Below, piece by piece: positions 36,605 through 49,681 of a stretch of 64,000 nt of DNA. Made by a program: the position numbers and the translations under genes. The stretch is taken from NCBI GenBank assembly GCA_964234715.1, contig OZ174278.1. The stretch is one strand, 5' to 3'. Each line of letters starts with the position of its first letter. Position 1 is the first letter of the stretch. The stretch comes from Podarcis melisellensis. Taxonomy: Eukaryota. The notes under the pieces are model-generated. The model did not search any database. It saw only the letters and a program-made list of their open reading frames with translations, and was not told the origin of the DNA.

Positions 36605-37031
36605 TAGTGATGTATGGAAGTGAGAGCTGGACCATCAAGAAGGCTGATCGCCGAAGAATTGATGCTTTTGAATTATGGTGCTGGAGGAGACTCTTGAGAG
36701 TCCCATGGACTGCAAGAAGATCAAACCTATCCATTCTTAAGGAAATCAGCCCTGAGTGCTCACTGGAAGGCCAGATAGTGAAGTTGAGGCTCCAATACTT
36801 TGGCCACCTCATGAGAAGAGAAGACTCCCTGGAAAAGACCCTGATGTTGGGAAAGATGGAGGGCACAAGGAGAAGGGGATGACAGAGGATGAGATGGTTG
36901 GACAGTGTTCTCAAAGCTACAAACATGAGCCTGACCAAACTGTGGGAGGCAGTGGAAGACAGGAGTGCCTGGCGTGCTCTGGTCCATGGGGTCACGAAGA
37001 GTCGGACACGACTAAACGACTAAACAACAAC
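36605..37031 (+). mobile_element. 5'-truncated RTE-BovB LINE with 11-bp TSD
   Basis: Encodes MYGSESWTIKKADRRRIDAFELWCWRRLLRVPWTARRSN...YFGHLMRREDSLEKTLMLGK (BovB ORF C-terminus). The 3' end is GAGTCGGACACGACTAAACGACTAAACAACAAC. TSD AGATCTATCAC at 36594-36604 and 37032-37042. Confidence 0.95.
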
Positions 37032-37389
37032 AGATCTATCACATTCACAAGTCACATATATAATATAAACCACAAAAATATTCCACAGAACTACCTGCTC
37101 TGGGTCATAAACAGAGTAAATGCTCTGGAATGTTAACTTCTGAGCTCGCCTAATTATCCATATCCACCAGTCACACATAGCTAGATGGGTTTCATGCATT
37201 AAGCCACAAAACCTGCTCAGAAAACAAGTTCTAATACCTCTTCAGGGCTGTAAATGATATTCTGGAAAAATGACATGGAACACCAACTTCTCAGTCATAC
37301 TATCCCAGTTTACAGATGGGATTCATTCCACAATACACAAAACGACTAGGGAAACCATGCTCTGAACTCCTGTAATTTGTGTCTAGCTA

Positions 37390-38480
37390 GGAATTCTTAC
37401 CAGCCCCCTGGCCGCTGCATTTTGCAACTGCTGTAGCTTTGGAACAGTCTTCAAGGGTTCATGTATAATGCAGGCTTCATGTATAATGCAGTACTGTAGT
37501 CCAGCCCTGAGGTTACCAGAGCATGCAGCACTAGAGCCAGACCATCTCTGTCCAAAAATAAGTATTCCTAGTTACTAAAGCCAGCTTCCAGTGGCAGCGT
37601 TTGGTCTAGGAGCATTTTTAAGCTTCAAACCTGTTATTTCTACGGCAGTGCCACTCTAAACTGAACAGGTTGTTTACTCACTTCCCACAGGTGAGAGCCT
37701 GTAACACACAACATCTCCATTTTGTCTGGAATCAAATTTAAATTTATTGGGCCGCATCAAGCACCTGAACTGCATTTTCTGATTCAGGTGGTAAAGCGAC
37801 ATAGAGTTCAAGGTCATCAGCTGATACCTCACTCCAACTCCCCTGATGACATCCTCCAACAGCTTCGCATATGTTGAATAACATGAGAGCCAAGAGTGAT
37901 CCCTGCGGGTCACCAAACTTCTATGATGTCAAGTTATAGTTCAACATTGATAAGTCTCTGGAAGCATGAAGGTAGGAGTGAAACAACAGCAGTCTGGTGC
38001 AGAGGGGGCTCCATTTCCAACCCATGAAACTGCTCCAAGCTATGGTGTGCAGTATCAAATGCCTACAAGGTAGCACTAGGACGACCATGGCAGCTTTGGT
38101 GCCATAACTGGGCCTGAACCCAGACTGTAATCCACTTCTTCCAAGCACACCTGTAAGTTGAACTGACACAAAAATCTTGAGCATCGTGCCTAAAAGGGAT
38201 TGTTAGCAATTGGGCAATAGTTATTCAACAGTTCTATGTCCAGGAAGGTCCTCTGAAGGAGAGGACACAACACTGTATCTTTAAAAGCCAATGGTACCCC
38301 ATCCTGCAACATGGCATTCACAACTCCCTGGACCTATGCTGTTAAAACCCCTCAGGTTCACTCTCGTACATCACAATGGGCAAAAGTTGAAAGGACAAGT
38401 GATCAGTCAGACCCTCTTCCAAGCAGTTTGTCAACATCAGGCTGCAACAATTTAAACTCATCCAAGTAAACTGGAGCAGA
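37390..38480 (-). mobile_element. Degraded L2-type LINE ORF2 fragment
   Basis: Minus-strand remnants LQSGFRPSYGT, a decayed YADD region and ALVTSGLDY; many frameshifts. Confidence 0.75.
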
Positions 38481-39449
38481 TGGTGCTCTAGACACCTCTG
38501 GATTTGTCCAGATAGTGGCATCTAATAGTGAGCCCACAAAACAATACAATTAAACATTTTTTAAAAAATCAGGCTTTAAATTCAGTGCTTGAAAAAAGTA
38601 CAACGATGAACAATATACTCAGCAGTAAGAGCAAATGAACATTTGCTTATCGCTTAGAGGTAAGTTCAAGATATGGTTAGACTACAGCTCCCATGATTCC
38701 TGGCCACTGGACTTGTGGCTGGGGCTGATGGGAGTTGAAGTGCAGCAACATCTGAAGGGTACCAGGTTGACTATACTAGATTTATAACCAATGTTTTCTA
38801 CAGACCTGCACACTTTGAAGAACCCTGTATCTATTTGGCTGGAATAACTATAAGGCATATCAAGAGATTTATCAGATTATGTCCTTCCAAGATTTCTTAA
38901 ATCCACAATCTGCATCCTTCTTAATTTTCACCTTTCTAGGGTATTCCCAGTGCTGATAGCCTATTCCCTCAAACAATACTGCACCTGATTATGTGAGTCT
39001 CATCTCTGGAGTTAAAACTGTGAAAATTGCAACCTTTGCCTTTATGTGCAGAGGTGCACTGGTCTCAGTGGCTATTCCTATAGGAGAACTCAGCCCCCTC
39101 TACTGAAACGAAAGGGTTAACGGCATAGTCAATAGATATCCAAGAAGACTTCACTTTTCTCAGGATGAGCAAGGAGAGACGATGCAAATGACATGGCTAA
39201 ACTAGACTGCACTAGACTGATTAGCCAGAAACTGTTTTGTTGTCTTTATCACACCAACTGATGACCTCCCTCTTAATTTGCTTTTATAACTGTCTTGAAT
39301 AAACTTTACGTAATTCGACTGCTTCATTGGAGTGTATTTTAAAAAGCACTCCTTGGTCGAATTCCGCCTCGCTGCCACCACTTGAGGTATCCTGCTGGCT
39401 TTAGCACACAGGAAGAGGAGAGGTCAGGCTTAGGCTTGGCTAGGAGTTT

Positions 39450-41270
39450 CCGCTACTGCTTCGCAAATATGCCCCACCCGTGGCGTAGCGCACTCTCTCC
39501 CAACTTAGGCAGACTGTAATAAGGCAGAGGGCGTGTTGCCAGGGTCCAGCTTGTAGGATTGGCGTTGGAACGGTGGCTGCTCCTCCAGCCGCTTCGAAAA
39601 GGGGCTTCTCGCCCAGGGCCTGCAGGAGGAGATCATAGGATCCGGGAACGCGTCCACCGTACAAGCTGCCAGGCAAAGGCAGGGGCGACTGCTCAAAGGT
39701 CAAGCAGCCTCTACCTGCGCGCAGGGGAGGACGATCTCCGCCGGACACGCGGAGGGACAGCGCAAGCAAGGAGGTGGCAGATGCCCCCTTCCCAGTTGCC
39801 CCTTGGCATTACAGCGGGATGGATTGGGCCTTCTGGGTGAGCTTAGCAGAAGGACAGGGATCCAAAAGCACTTGGCGCCCCTCCCCCACATCATAACCTG
39901 AGTGTAACATTTCACATATTTCACTCGGAGCCTCTGAAGCGCCCCCCTCCCGCCCGCCCGCTGAAAAGGCACCGAATGAAACGCTCCTTCTTAATAGTGT
40001 GTCATTTTTACACTTGTCCTTTGGAAATCTCCAATTACAAGTCCCAATACCACGGCACATTTAAGGAGCGCGGAGTCTTTTTGTTCGAGCCTTCAGGGAG
40101 CAAACCCGCCACTGAGAGAATACGAAATTAATCCACTCCAGCTATAGAGCGAGAGGATTATGTTCTAATCCCCTTTGGGAGAGGCTCTGGATTTTAAGGA
40201 TCCGACATTAAAATGTTTACACCAGGCGTAATCAAAATAGTGCAGCTTCTCCATATGGCCCCGAGATAGCAGCGCGGCATTGGCTCCGCTTCCCAAACGG
40301 CTCCCCAAAACAATAACGCGGCGCACCGGGCATGGGCGGGATGGAGAGCGCGCCAGGCGCTGCCGATCCAAGCAATTCCACCCCTTTGGGGAGGGGGGAA
40401 GCGCCACACTCCCAAGTCCAAAACAGCAGGGGAAAGAAGTGAGACCCCGCCACCCCCACCCACTTATCGGCACAAGCTTGAGCGCTGTCCCTGCGGAGCC
40501 AGGAGCCTCTTTCCATGTCCACCGGGACCGTGCCAAATCGCGCCGCGGAGCTGCAGATGCTCCCACCTGCGCCCGCCCGGCCCCGGCGGCCGCGACTGGT
40601 CCAGGGAGGCCCGTCCGCTTTGTTGTCCCTCGGCGGACGGAAGAACAAAGGGCGGCAGGCCGAGGCGAGCCGCCGCGCCGGGGCTTGGACGGAGGATCCC
40701 CGCTTGGGCGTCCCCAGCAGCCCAGCCGAAGAAGCGGCCGGCCGAGCGGCGGAGAGGCGCCAGGGCGCACAGAGCCCGCAGCGCGCAGCCAAAGGGCCCC
40801 GGGGCGAGTGACGCCTGGGGAACACGCGCGGCGCGTCTCCGGAAAGAAACGGCGAGATTGACCTTTAGACATCTTTTAAACAAAACACACGCAAGAGTCA
40901 CAGGGAAGAAAGAGTCGGGTATAGATTCAGGAGGCAACACCTTCTGATTTTCGTCTGGCTTGTTGGAAGACTCCTAATGAAGGTTGGTCGATGCAAACTA
41001 AATTGTACAAGCTCACACAGCTTAAAGAGCAGAAGCCACGAGGGAGTTCTTCGACATGAGCCCCACTGAATTCCTGGTGCGCATTGCCAGGTATGGATTG
41101 TAGCCTAAGGCAGCAGTTCGGGGCACAAGACCCACCGAACTCATTGGGAATTACTTCCGGGAAAACAAAGACAGGATTTGTTCTGCTAAAGACGGGAGCA
41201 CTTTCTCTACAGTGCTCAACAGGATGTGCCTTGGGAGTGCTGCTGCTCAAGTCCTGCCGCGAATAAATGG
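39450..41270. promoter_or_regulatory. Orphan intronic CpG island
   Basis: Very GC/CpG-rich core at ~40250-40860, with no recognisable coding sequence. Confidence 0.8.
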
Positions 41271-44200
41271 AAACGCAGGTTGCACAGAAGTAGCGCTTAT
41301 TGGATCACTCCCTTTTCCTGTTAATCATTAGCCCCAATTTTATGTAGCTGCCAGAATAGTGTTTCTAATTTCAGTGAAGGCATTAAAAGCATAAAATAGC
41401 TAATAAAGCAACTAAATAGTACCGGACCTCTTGGTGCTATTGCAATTAAATTCTGCAGATGGCTTTACACATATTAATCCACCAGCATGGTTTTGCAGGG
41501 TTTGTTTAAAAAAGAAAGTTTTAACAAGCTGTTATGTTCCAGTGTAGTATCAAATCATTTAATAAATAGGTAATAAGGATTTTTTATAAAGTTAAAATAA
41601 TTTAGGCACTTTAGAATCTAATGCTTCTTTTAACTAAAACAAAAAACAAAAATAAGTTGACCCTGAAAAGACATGTTTTCAGAAGAACAATAAATTTCCA
41701 AAGTATTAATGAACTTAAGATGTAAGATCAATTTTTGTCTCTCTAAAAAATAAGTCAACCTGAAATAGTCAATTTCCCCAGATTACTATATTAAAATTGG
41801 CATTTAAAAATTGTTCAAGACTAAAAAGAAGACAGCTGAAGAACAAAATAATTTTCAGAAACAACCCAGATGTGAAGATGTTTCCCCCAAAATGACAAGG
41901 TATAGAATTTATGGTCCATTTTCAGATGGGATACCTACTGGTGGTCTGCCAAACCACATCAAGCACTCTTAACTAGAAGCAATAGGATTTGGTTCTAAAT
42001 ACTGTAAGTAACTTTAAGATCAAGGTGCTATTTAGTTTAGAATAAACTTTTTAGGGCTCCAGTTGTAACCACACTTAACTGGGAGTAAGCCCCACTGAGT
42101 AAGATTTCACTCCTGTGCACGGCATGGTTTAGGATTATGCTGTAAGTCATTTTGAAAATCTATATATATAACCAGCAAGATTCTAGGCTTACTATACTGT
42201 AAAGTGGCAAGAATTAGAAGGGTGGGAGAATGTAAAGACAGTGTCAATGAACTTGTATAAAAGCCTAATAGCATATTCTTCTACAAGATGTAGACACACA
42301 GGGAACAATCTGTCCACTGCACATGTAGTGTTCACATAGAGAAGACTGCCATAGGCTCAGAACCGTATTTCTCCCCTCGTCTACAGAAATACAGGTGTGA
42401 ACACAAATGCACAAATGGGATAGTAAGGGGAATCAAAGGCGCATGTCTGCCTCCTATATCCCCATCTGGCACTTTGTTTTCTGTCAATGTTACTCAGCAT
42501 GAGAAACATGTATTGGGGCAAAAGGAATGGTTGGATGGGATAAGGGAGGTGTGCACAGACCATTAATTCCATATTTGCATTGTCCCAGTACGTGAGGGAG
42601 AGAGTGAGAATGGAGACAGGGCTCTACCGAGCCTTTGGGAATACTCTGTGTGAAGACATAGCGTCCATGGTCTGGATCCTGCACTTTGTTTTTATTTTTG
42701 CTACTATTATGTACTTACTTGGGAGAATTTCTTGGAACTATGTTTTATTTGTATCAAATGAAATTAATTGATCCTCAGTATGGTTTGTAAAGCTATGGAA
42801 ACAAACCAGTTAGATGCTGGAGAATTCCCTTGCTGTGTGCACAGTATTATTTAAAGAAAAATAGTCAACAAATAAAATAAGTAATATTCACTAACATGTA
42901 GTCTGTAAAGTAACGGTTATAGAAAACAATGAACTCTAAGCTCATGCAGAAATTCTAAGAATATGTAACACACCACAATTTCACTATTTTTGTTCTTTAA
43001 TACTAAGATCAAGTGGAATTTGACTTTTGGCTGCATAACTGGTGAAATTTAAGTTTTCAAGAACTTATTTCCACCCATCTGTATCAAAAGCAAAAACTAA
43101 AGATTTCCAGCAACTCTGTTCCTGACAAACTGGCGAATAAACAGCTTCAAAAATGAATTTATCAGTACTGTACACAATAAAATTAACTGTGCAAAAGTGC
43201 AAAAAAAGAAGAAGACTATTTAGCATTAAAGGGGAAAATCTACCATATGGTGTATGCATAGTCTAGATTTCAAGGGTAACTTGCATATAAATTCAGGAGC
43301 CTGTTATTTCTTCACACTTACACATATTGTGTACGTTTACAGAGAAAGCATTTCCTTTCGATATATTTATATTGCTGCAGACATTGGGACATACTTTTGC
43401 TAAATATACTTGAAGGCATCTACTGAGTTGTGCTTATTTTAGTAAACTCTGGGTATTTTTCTCCCCTACAGCAAGCTCATATAGTTATTTGCTCATTAAA
43501 ACAACTTAAATCGTACTGCAGAGCCAACATACACTATAGTTTTGCCCCATGACACTGTGAAAAATGTTGGTTCTTCCTTTCTAGTGCAGATAAAGTTGAA
43601 ACAATGCTTTTGAACTGTGCTAGAAACTAACAGTTCACATGGATTTAACACGGCTGTGGACAAAGTTAAAAGCCCCTCTCATCTGATGCCAGGTGATCAT
43701 GTATCAGCAATGGCCAAGAACTACTTTTAATCATCTGCATCTGGCACAGAAACTGTGACCATTTTGGATAAAGAGTTTCCTATAAGATTCTAGATTTGTT
43801 CTTTTGTCCTCTCAACGTTTCACAGGAACATGAATGAAAAATATACTAATAACGTTTTTGATAAGTGATGATAGATGAGCTAAGGCTGGGCCAGAAAAAA
43901 TGCAGCTTGCCTGCCAATCAAATTTCTGTCTTGTGCTTTAGAACTTACACTCCATGGCTGCCTATGGGGTTGCAGATGATTAAGGTACTACTATCACTTG
44001 AAGCAGCCCTAAATGAAGTGGTGCATTTGAAAGGTCATTCCACATCTGCTGTATGGTACTAAGGCTGCGATCTTGTGGGGATAAACCCCAGCGAACTCTG
44101 TGAGACTTACTTCTGTGTAGAAATGTATAGGATTGTACTCTTAAGTTAAGACCCCTTACCTCCAATCAGAATATCATATCTGAAAGTGACAGAAATTTTA

Positions 44201-44371
44201 GATTTTTACCATTAAAGTGATGGTGGTGAATTAGTTAGCCACCATCTTCTAAATCATGAACACTTCTAAATTTTAAAACGAATATACCAGTTATACATGG
44301 CCATGAACTATAGTTAGTTCAGTCTTAGTCACATAAAATAGTGACTGAAGAAACATGATGAACACATAGTA

Positions 44372-44373
<2 letters not shown>

Positions 44374-44420
<47 letters not shown>
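44374..44420. repeat. (TG)n(TA)n microsatellite (other TG runs at ~1670-1695, ~13627-13648, ~60870-60888)
   Basis: Read directly from the sequence. Confidence 0.95.
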
Positions 44421-45166
44421 GTTTTCATTATAAAACATCCTGAAATAGAACATGGGGAAAAAATCAAACTGCTGGACAAAAGCACCTGTCTTTCTATTCT
44501 TTATACTATCTTTTCACAGAACCTCTTGGTAAGACTGCCTTTATTATTTAATTTCTGCCATTTTTGCCTATAAGGAACATTTCAATATATTTTAATATGG
44601 ATGTTAGTATCAGAGTCCGAAATTGATGCATCATCTCATATAAGAAGGGCTCATGGATGTAGGGATGTCCATTGGCTCTGTGTGTACCCCAAATAACGAG
44701 ACAGATTGAAGTGATTCTGCACTAGCCTCCACCTCATTCAGTCACTGTCCATAAGCAGCCAAGACTTCACTCTTGCATCCTATGTTATGCTTCCACCCAG
44801 TCAGCACAAAGTCACATATAAAAGTATTTTCAGTGGTTGCCACAACTGAACAGTTCTGCCAGCACAAAGACTTTCAGTGGCCCAACCGAACTTCCTCACC
44901 CTCTCTTCTCCCCGTACACACCCTAAATCTGCTCTGAAGGTGAGTGATCCCTCAGAACAGGGAACTAAATTTCAATGAGCTAGTGAAACTGTTTAGTTGA
45001 ATACTGCCCTAGGCTTGGGGGAAATGGCGAACTTCCAGATGTTTTTAATTTGGGCTCATTTCCAACGAATGGAGTTGTGATGGTAGGGGGAAGGAGAGGC
45101 TGGAATGATAGCTTAGTTGATGTTTTCCGAATTGTTTCAAACACTGCATTTTCAAATAGCCCTACT

Positions 45167-45412
45167 CAGGGGCCAGCAACCTAAATCCCATAGGCCGGAA
45201 GTGGCCTGCAGAGGTCGTTTGACCAGCCCACAAGCTGTCCCCGAACCAGCACAGCACAGAGCGGGGGCTCGCTTCCGCGGTGCCAAAAATATTGTCTGCG
45301 CATGCACAGACACTGTAAATCGTGAGCACTCACACACGCTCATGATCCGGCTCACAGAGGGATCTCTGTGGGACCGATCCGGCCCAGGCAAGATAAACCT
45401 TGCTGATCCCTG
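45167..45412. mobile_element. Non-autonomous hAT element
   Basis: Termini CAGGGGCCAGCAA and TTGCTGATCCCTG; imperfect flanking duplication ccctact/ccctaca. Confidence 0.7.
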
Positions 45413-47924
45413 CCCTACACTGAACTAGAGGCCTCTCCAGTCTTCAGGATTGACTTTTAAGAAGTGCAAGGGCTGAAGCAGGAAAGTGCCAGGAAAGCCC
45501 TAGTGGGTACATAGGCCACATCTCTACATCTAAATCTGTGTTGCTAAAAATTGCTGATGCTTGTCCAGAGGGGAAAAAAATTAATTCACAAATCTTCAAA
45601 CAAAAAAACCAGACAAATATTTTAATCATGTAAATATGCGTAGCCATTTAAGTAATTATCTAAGGAGGAATCACCTATTTCCTGCTCTGCTTGCCTTCCC
45701 CAATTCCTCCATCTGCCTTCAGGATGGACAGTCCCCACAGCAGTGTGCTAAGCCAGCTGTTCCTGCAGTTCTGTCCTGCCTTCAAGCTGGAAGCCAGAAA
45801 GACAGGAGGGAGCTGGAATCAGATAGAGATGGATGACATCCATCCCTCACTCCTCTCCCTCTGCTAAGAAACGAGACAGAAACCTCAGATATAACCTGGC
45901 ACATCACACTACTGTCCCACTTTCTCTTTGGCTGCACAGCAGTGAGCTATAGTTTCCTTAGAACAGAAGCTCTGTTGAGGCTAGAGGTAAGAGCTAGACA
46001 TGGATGCAGAAGACACAGAGCACTGCTTTGCTTGCCACCTCTCAAAACTGTCAGCTACCTGGATAGCAGGCAACAGAGTGGGAAAGATGAGCGCTCTGAA
46101 TAAAATGACACCCAGCACCCAAAGAGGAGGATGGGAAAAGCTAAGTGAATGACTAATGAGACACTTACCTTTTGTGGTGGCAATACCTATGTGCCCACAA
46201 GGGGCAAGGGAGCTAGTAAGTGGCAGACACCTGTGATGAGCCTGGGGTGGAATAGACAAAGGCAGGGACGCAATGCCACTGCAAGATGGGAGGTGTTTGT
46301 GCCACATCTTAATGAGTGCTACAAACAAGCTTGGAGAAGGGCCAACATGCAAGGTGCCAGAGAACCAAGAAAGCAATTTGCATAGGGTAATTACAATGTT
46401 GCAGCTTTCTACAGCAAGTATCATACACCTGAATAGTTACTAAATGTTTTTCTTTCTTTATTACGGTATTTCCCAGTAAATCAACCATTAGACCTTTCCC
46501 TAGCCGAAGAAGAGTTTGCAGTCAATTTATGGATTAAAAAAACCAAAAGAATGTTACAGAACCCAGAATCACTTGGGATTCTGCATCTTAGTGCAGGTGC
46601 AGAGTTTCTCATTCAGTCTGCATAGCACACTGTCACCTACCATTTTGTAAAAGAGGGGGGAATCCTTAAAAGATCTATGCACATGTGTGCAACTGACACA
46701 ATTCTAAACTTAGGGTTTTGCTTTTAAAGCTCAGAGTGGGTGTACCCTCTGGCACCAGTATGCCAACACAGAGGTACAAAATGAATTTACTCTCTGCTGG
46801 CTCCTATAAATTAGTCCAAAGTATTGCATGGGTGCTTGTGCTGGGAAGGGGGATGAGTGAAAAGGGCAGGTTTGCTACCTGGGCAGTGGTGCAGACTTGC
46901 TTATTGGACAGCAGCAGAGCATTTTAAAATGTCACACCTTCATTCTCCCATCTGGAGGAGAAAACAGAATTGTTACGACAGGAGAAGACTGATGGGAAGA
47001 GATCCTCCTGCCAACTTATTCTGAACAGAACAGGAAAAGACCAGGCAGAAAAGACTTGCGAAGACAGAGCTTGTGGTTCAGAAAAATGGGAAGTTTACTT
47101 TTGGGGGATGGGCTGAAGAGGGAAGCGTTAACTGGGGGCATCTGGGGGCATGAATTATTGGAGACACTTGGGGAGTACATGGGCCAGCCAGATTTCCCTG
47201 GAAATTCAAAGACGATAGCTTTCCCCCATTTTCCTCTAGCACCTGATATTCAGAGGTACACTGCCCCCTGAACATGAACTTTCCATTTAGCTGTCACAGA
47301 CAATAGTTGTTCATAACTAATCTTCCACAAATTGATCTTATCATTTTTAAAAGCCTTCTAAGCTAGCAGTCATAACATCTGCAGCAGCATATTCTAAAAA
47401 GGAAAAAGAATTTTTTCCAGGGTGAAGAAATAATGTGTGCGATACTGCTGTGTGAGGCTGCCTGAATCTGGCCTTTTTTAAACATGAGAAGTTGGATGAG
47501 GGGGAGCAATTCAGAACATGGGACAATGGCATTGCAGCAAATCAGTCAAGAGGAGTCATTTTTAGAAGGGGAAATAGTTTGGGGAGGGGCTGTTTGGGGC
47601 TCAGACCTCACCTCTGATTTGTATTTGGTGTGTGGTCTTGAGAATTGTCTCCATCTTTTGTCCAGCACTCTCTTTCCAACAGTGGCCAGTCAGATGTCCC
47701 CCGGGGATCTTGCAAAGAAGACACAAGCCAACAGTATTCCCCTGTGGCTTGTCTCCAGAATCAGGAATACTGCCTCAGAACATGTAGGCTTGCTCACATA
47801 TCATAGTTGATAGGAGATACTTTCATGAGAGAGCAGGGTTGGGAGCCACAGATGGAACCAAGAGGAAAAGTAGTAGGCCTGGCTCAGCAGAGTGGGACTT
47901 GTAACACTCCTGCTTTTTAAGAGA

Positions 47925-48125
47925 TACCAGGAACTCCTGTGCAGAGCCTATGCTCTGCATGCTGAAGGTCCCAGCTTCAATCCCTACTGCCTCCAATGAA
48001 AAGGATTTCAGGTGGCAGAAGAACCACCTCTGCCTAAGACTTGGGAGAAGCAGAACCCATTTTCATAGATGGGTGTAAGCTAAAAAGGCCAGTGGTCTAA
48101 TACAGTGTAAGACAGCTTCATATAC
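47925..48125 (+). mobile_element. Old tRNA-derived SINE (related remnant at ~1060-1207)
   Basis: AGAGC...TGCATGCTGAAGGTCCCAGCTTCAATCCC tRNA-like head and ...GTGGTCTAATACAGTGTAAGACAGCTTC tail. Confidence 0.5.
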
Positions 48126-49545
48126 CCCTGTAAATTTAGTGGATGGCCTTGTTTACTATTTCTGAATCACCATCAAGGGTTGGGGCCGACCCAGATCTCT
48201 GGGGTTCAAAAATAAAAGTTGCGGTAGAAGTGCTTTACAGATCACACTTGTTATAGAAGTTACTGATTATTCAATATTCAGCCCAATGTTCAAACCAACT
48301 CTTATTATCTTTACACTATCTGTCAGTAAATGACCATTGAATGCTAGGAGCATACTTCTAAACTACAAGTTAGTAGAATTGTTATTCAGAAAATTAATGA
48401 AAATCATATTTTAAACATTTATGACATAGAAAATAAATAGATCAGATAGACAAGTTAATAATAATCAATTTGCTACAATTGTGCAAACTGAGATGCTGCT
48501 GATTCATAGTTTTAGACACGAAAAAAGTACTACTAGTTATTGATTTTTCTCAAGTGATTTATCAATAAGCGACTTGCCTCTTGAAATGAACAGTCTGGGA
48601 AGAAATTTAGGAGCTAAAATTGAAACAGAAAATTATGAAATATTTATTATTATGAAATAAGGTGATGAAATACAAAAAATTTTTTTTATAAAGTTGACTG
48701 CAGTTCATTAGGTGGCTACATTATTATTGTTCTTAAAACCTTAATAACATTTATCAGATTTTAAACACTATTTAACTGTAATAAGATTTCAGCCACGCAT
48801 GATTCTAACATTAAAGAAACTGAAAGCATCCCTATGTACTTTAGTTTACACAAAAAGTAGTCAAGCTGTGAAATTTGAAAATAACCAGAAAGCTCAGTGT
48901 ACATGTGCTTTAAAGGTATGGCCCTTCTCTTTTCCTGTGCCAAATGCAGAGTAGCAACATGAGAGCCTCTGAGTTAGGCAACTACAGCACAAACTGTAAG
49001 GATTCACCATAGGTATGGGTAAAAGTTATCTACATGTGATCAGTAATTGTTGGGCAGGAAGGAAAAAGAGGTAGCTGCAATGGCTGTGCAGGGAGAAAGG
49101 ACAGTAGCAAGGTCTGCGAAAATAGTAGGTAGGAATGAGAACCAAAGCAGCACAGATGTGGAGGAAACGCTGGTAAGATAAGCAGGAGAGATAGATGAGA
49201 AATTGATTAGAAGTACCGGCTGGGTGTTTTGTGGCATTTACCCAAATGAAGGTTTTTGGAAACTTTGGCTCTCTCTTTTACATAACGTCATGCTACTGCT
49301 GTATTCATTGAAATAGGACCGAGACTTCAGTTTAATTAAATGTAACCAATGTATGTAGATTTTGCATTAGTTAGGAATGCTATTTTGTGTAGTCTCATCG
49401 GTTTTCTTCAGAACAACAAGTGGGCATTTCTTAACAAAAGAATAATGAAATTTTGCACGAACAATTGTGCATCATTTGTTTGTTTTGGGTCAGATTTTGA
49501 AAGTGTATCTTCATAAAGTGGTAAATCTTGTACTGTAGTCTAAGG

Positions 49546-49681
49546 CAGGGTTTCCCAAACTTGGGACTCCAGCTGTTTTTGGCCTACAATTCCCATCATC
49601 CCCGATCACTGGTCCTGCGAGCTAGGGATGATGGGAGTTGTAGTCCAAAAACAGCTGGAGACCCAAGTTGGGGAAGCACTG
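49546..49681. mobile_element. 136-bp hAT MITE with 8-bp TSD
   Basis: Near-palindromic element flanked by a perfect GTCTAAGG duplication (49538-49545, 49682-49689). Confidence 0.9.

Noticed and set aside
39440-41266. Many overlapping 100-235 aa ORFs in CpG islands (also 25850-26525, 27689-28991 and 34080-35720)
   Set aside because: Ala/Gly/Pro/Arg-rich products on both strands, as expected from stop-codon scarcity at high GC.
48995-49282. Possible solo LTR (TGTAA...TTACA); vaguer candidates at ~39000-39440 and ~62270-62850
   Set aside because: No perfect TSD (aaac vs taac), no second copy and no internal retroviral sequence. A library search would be needed.
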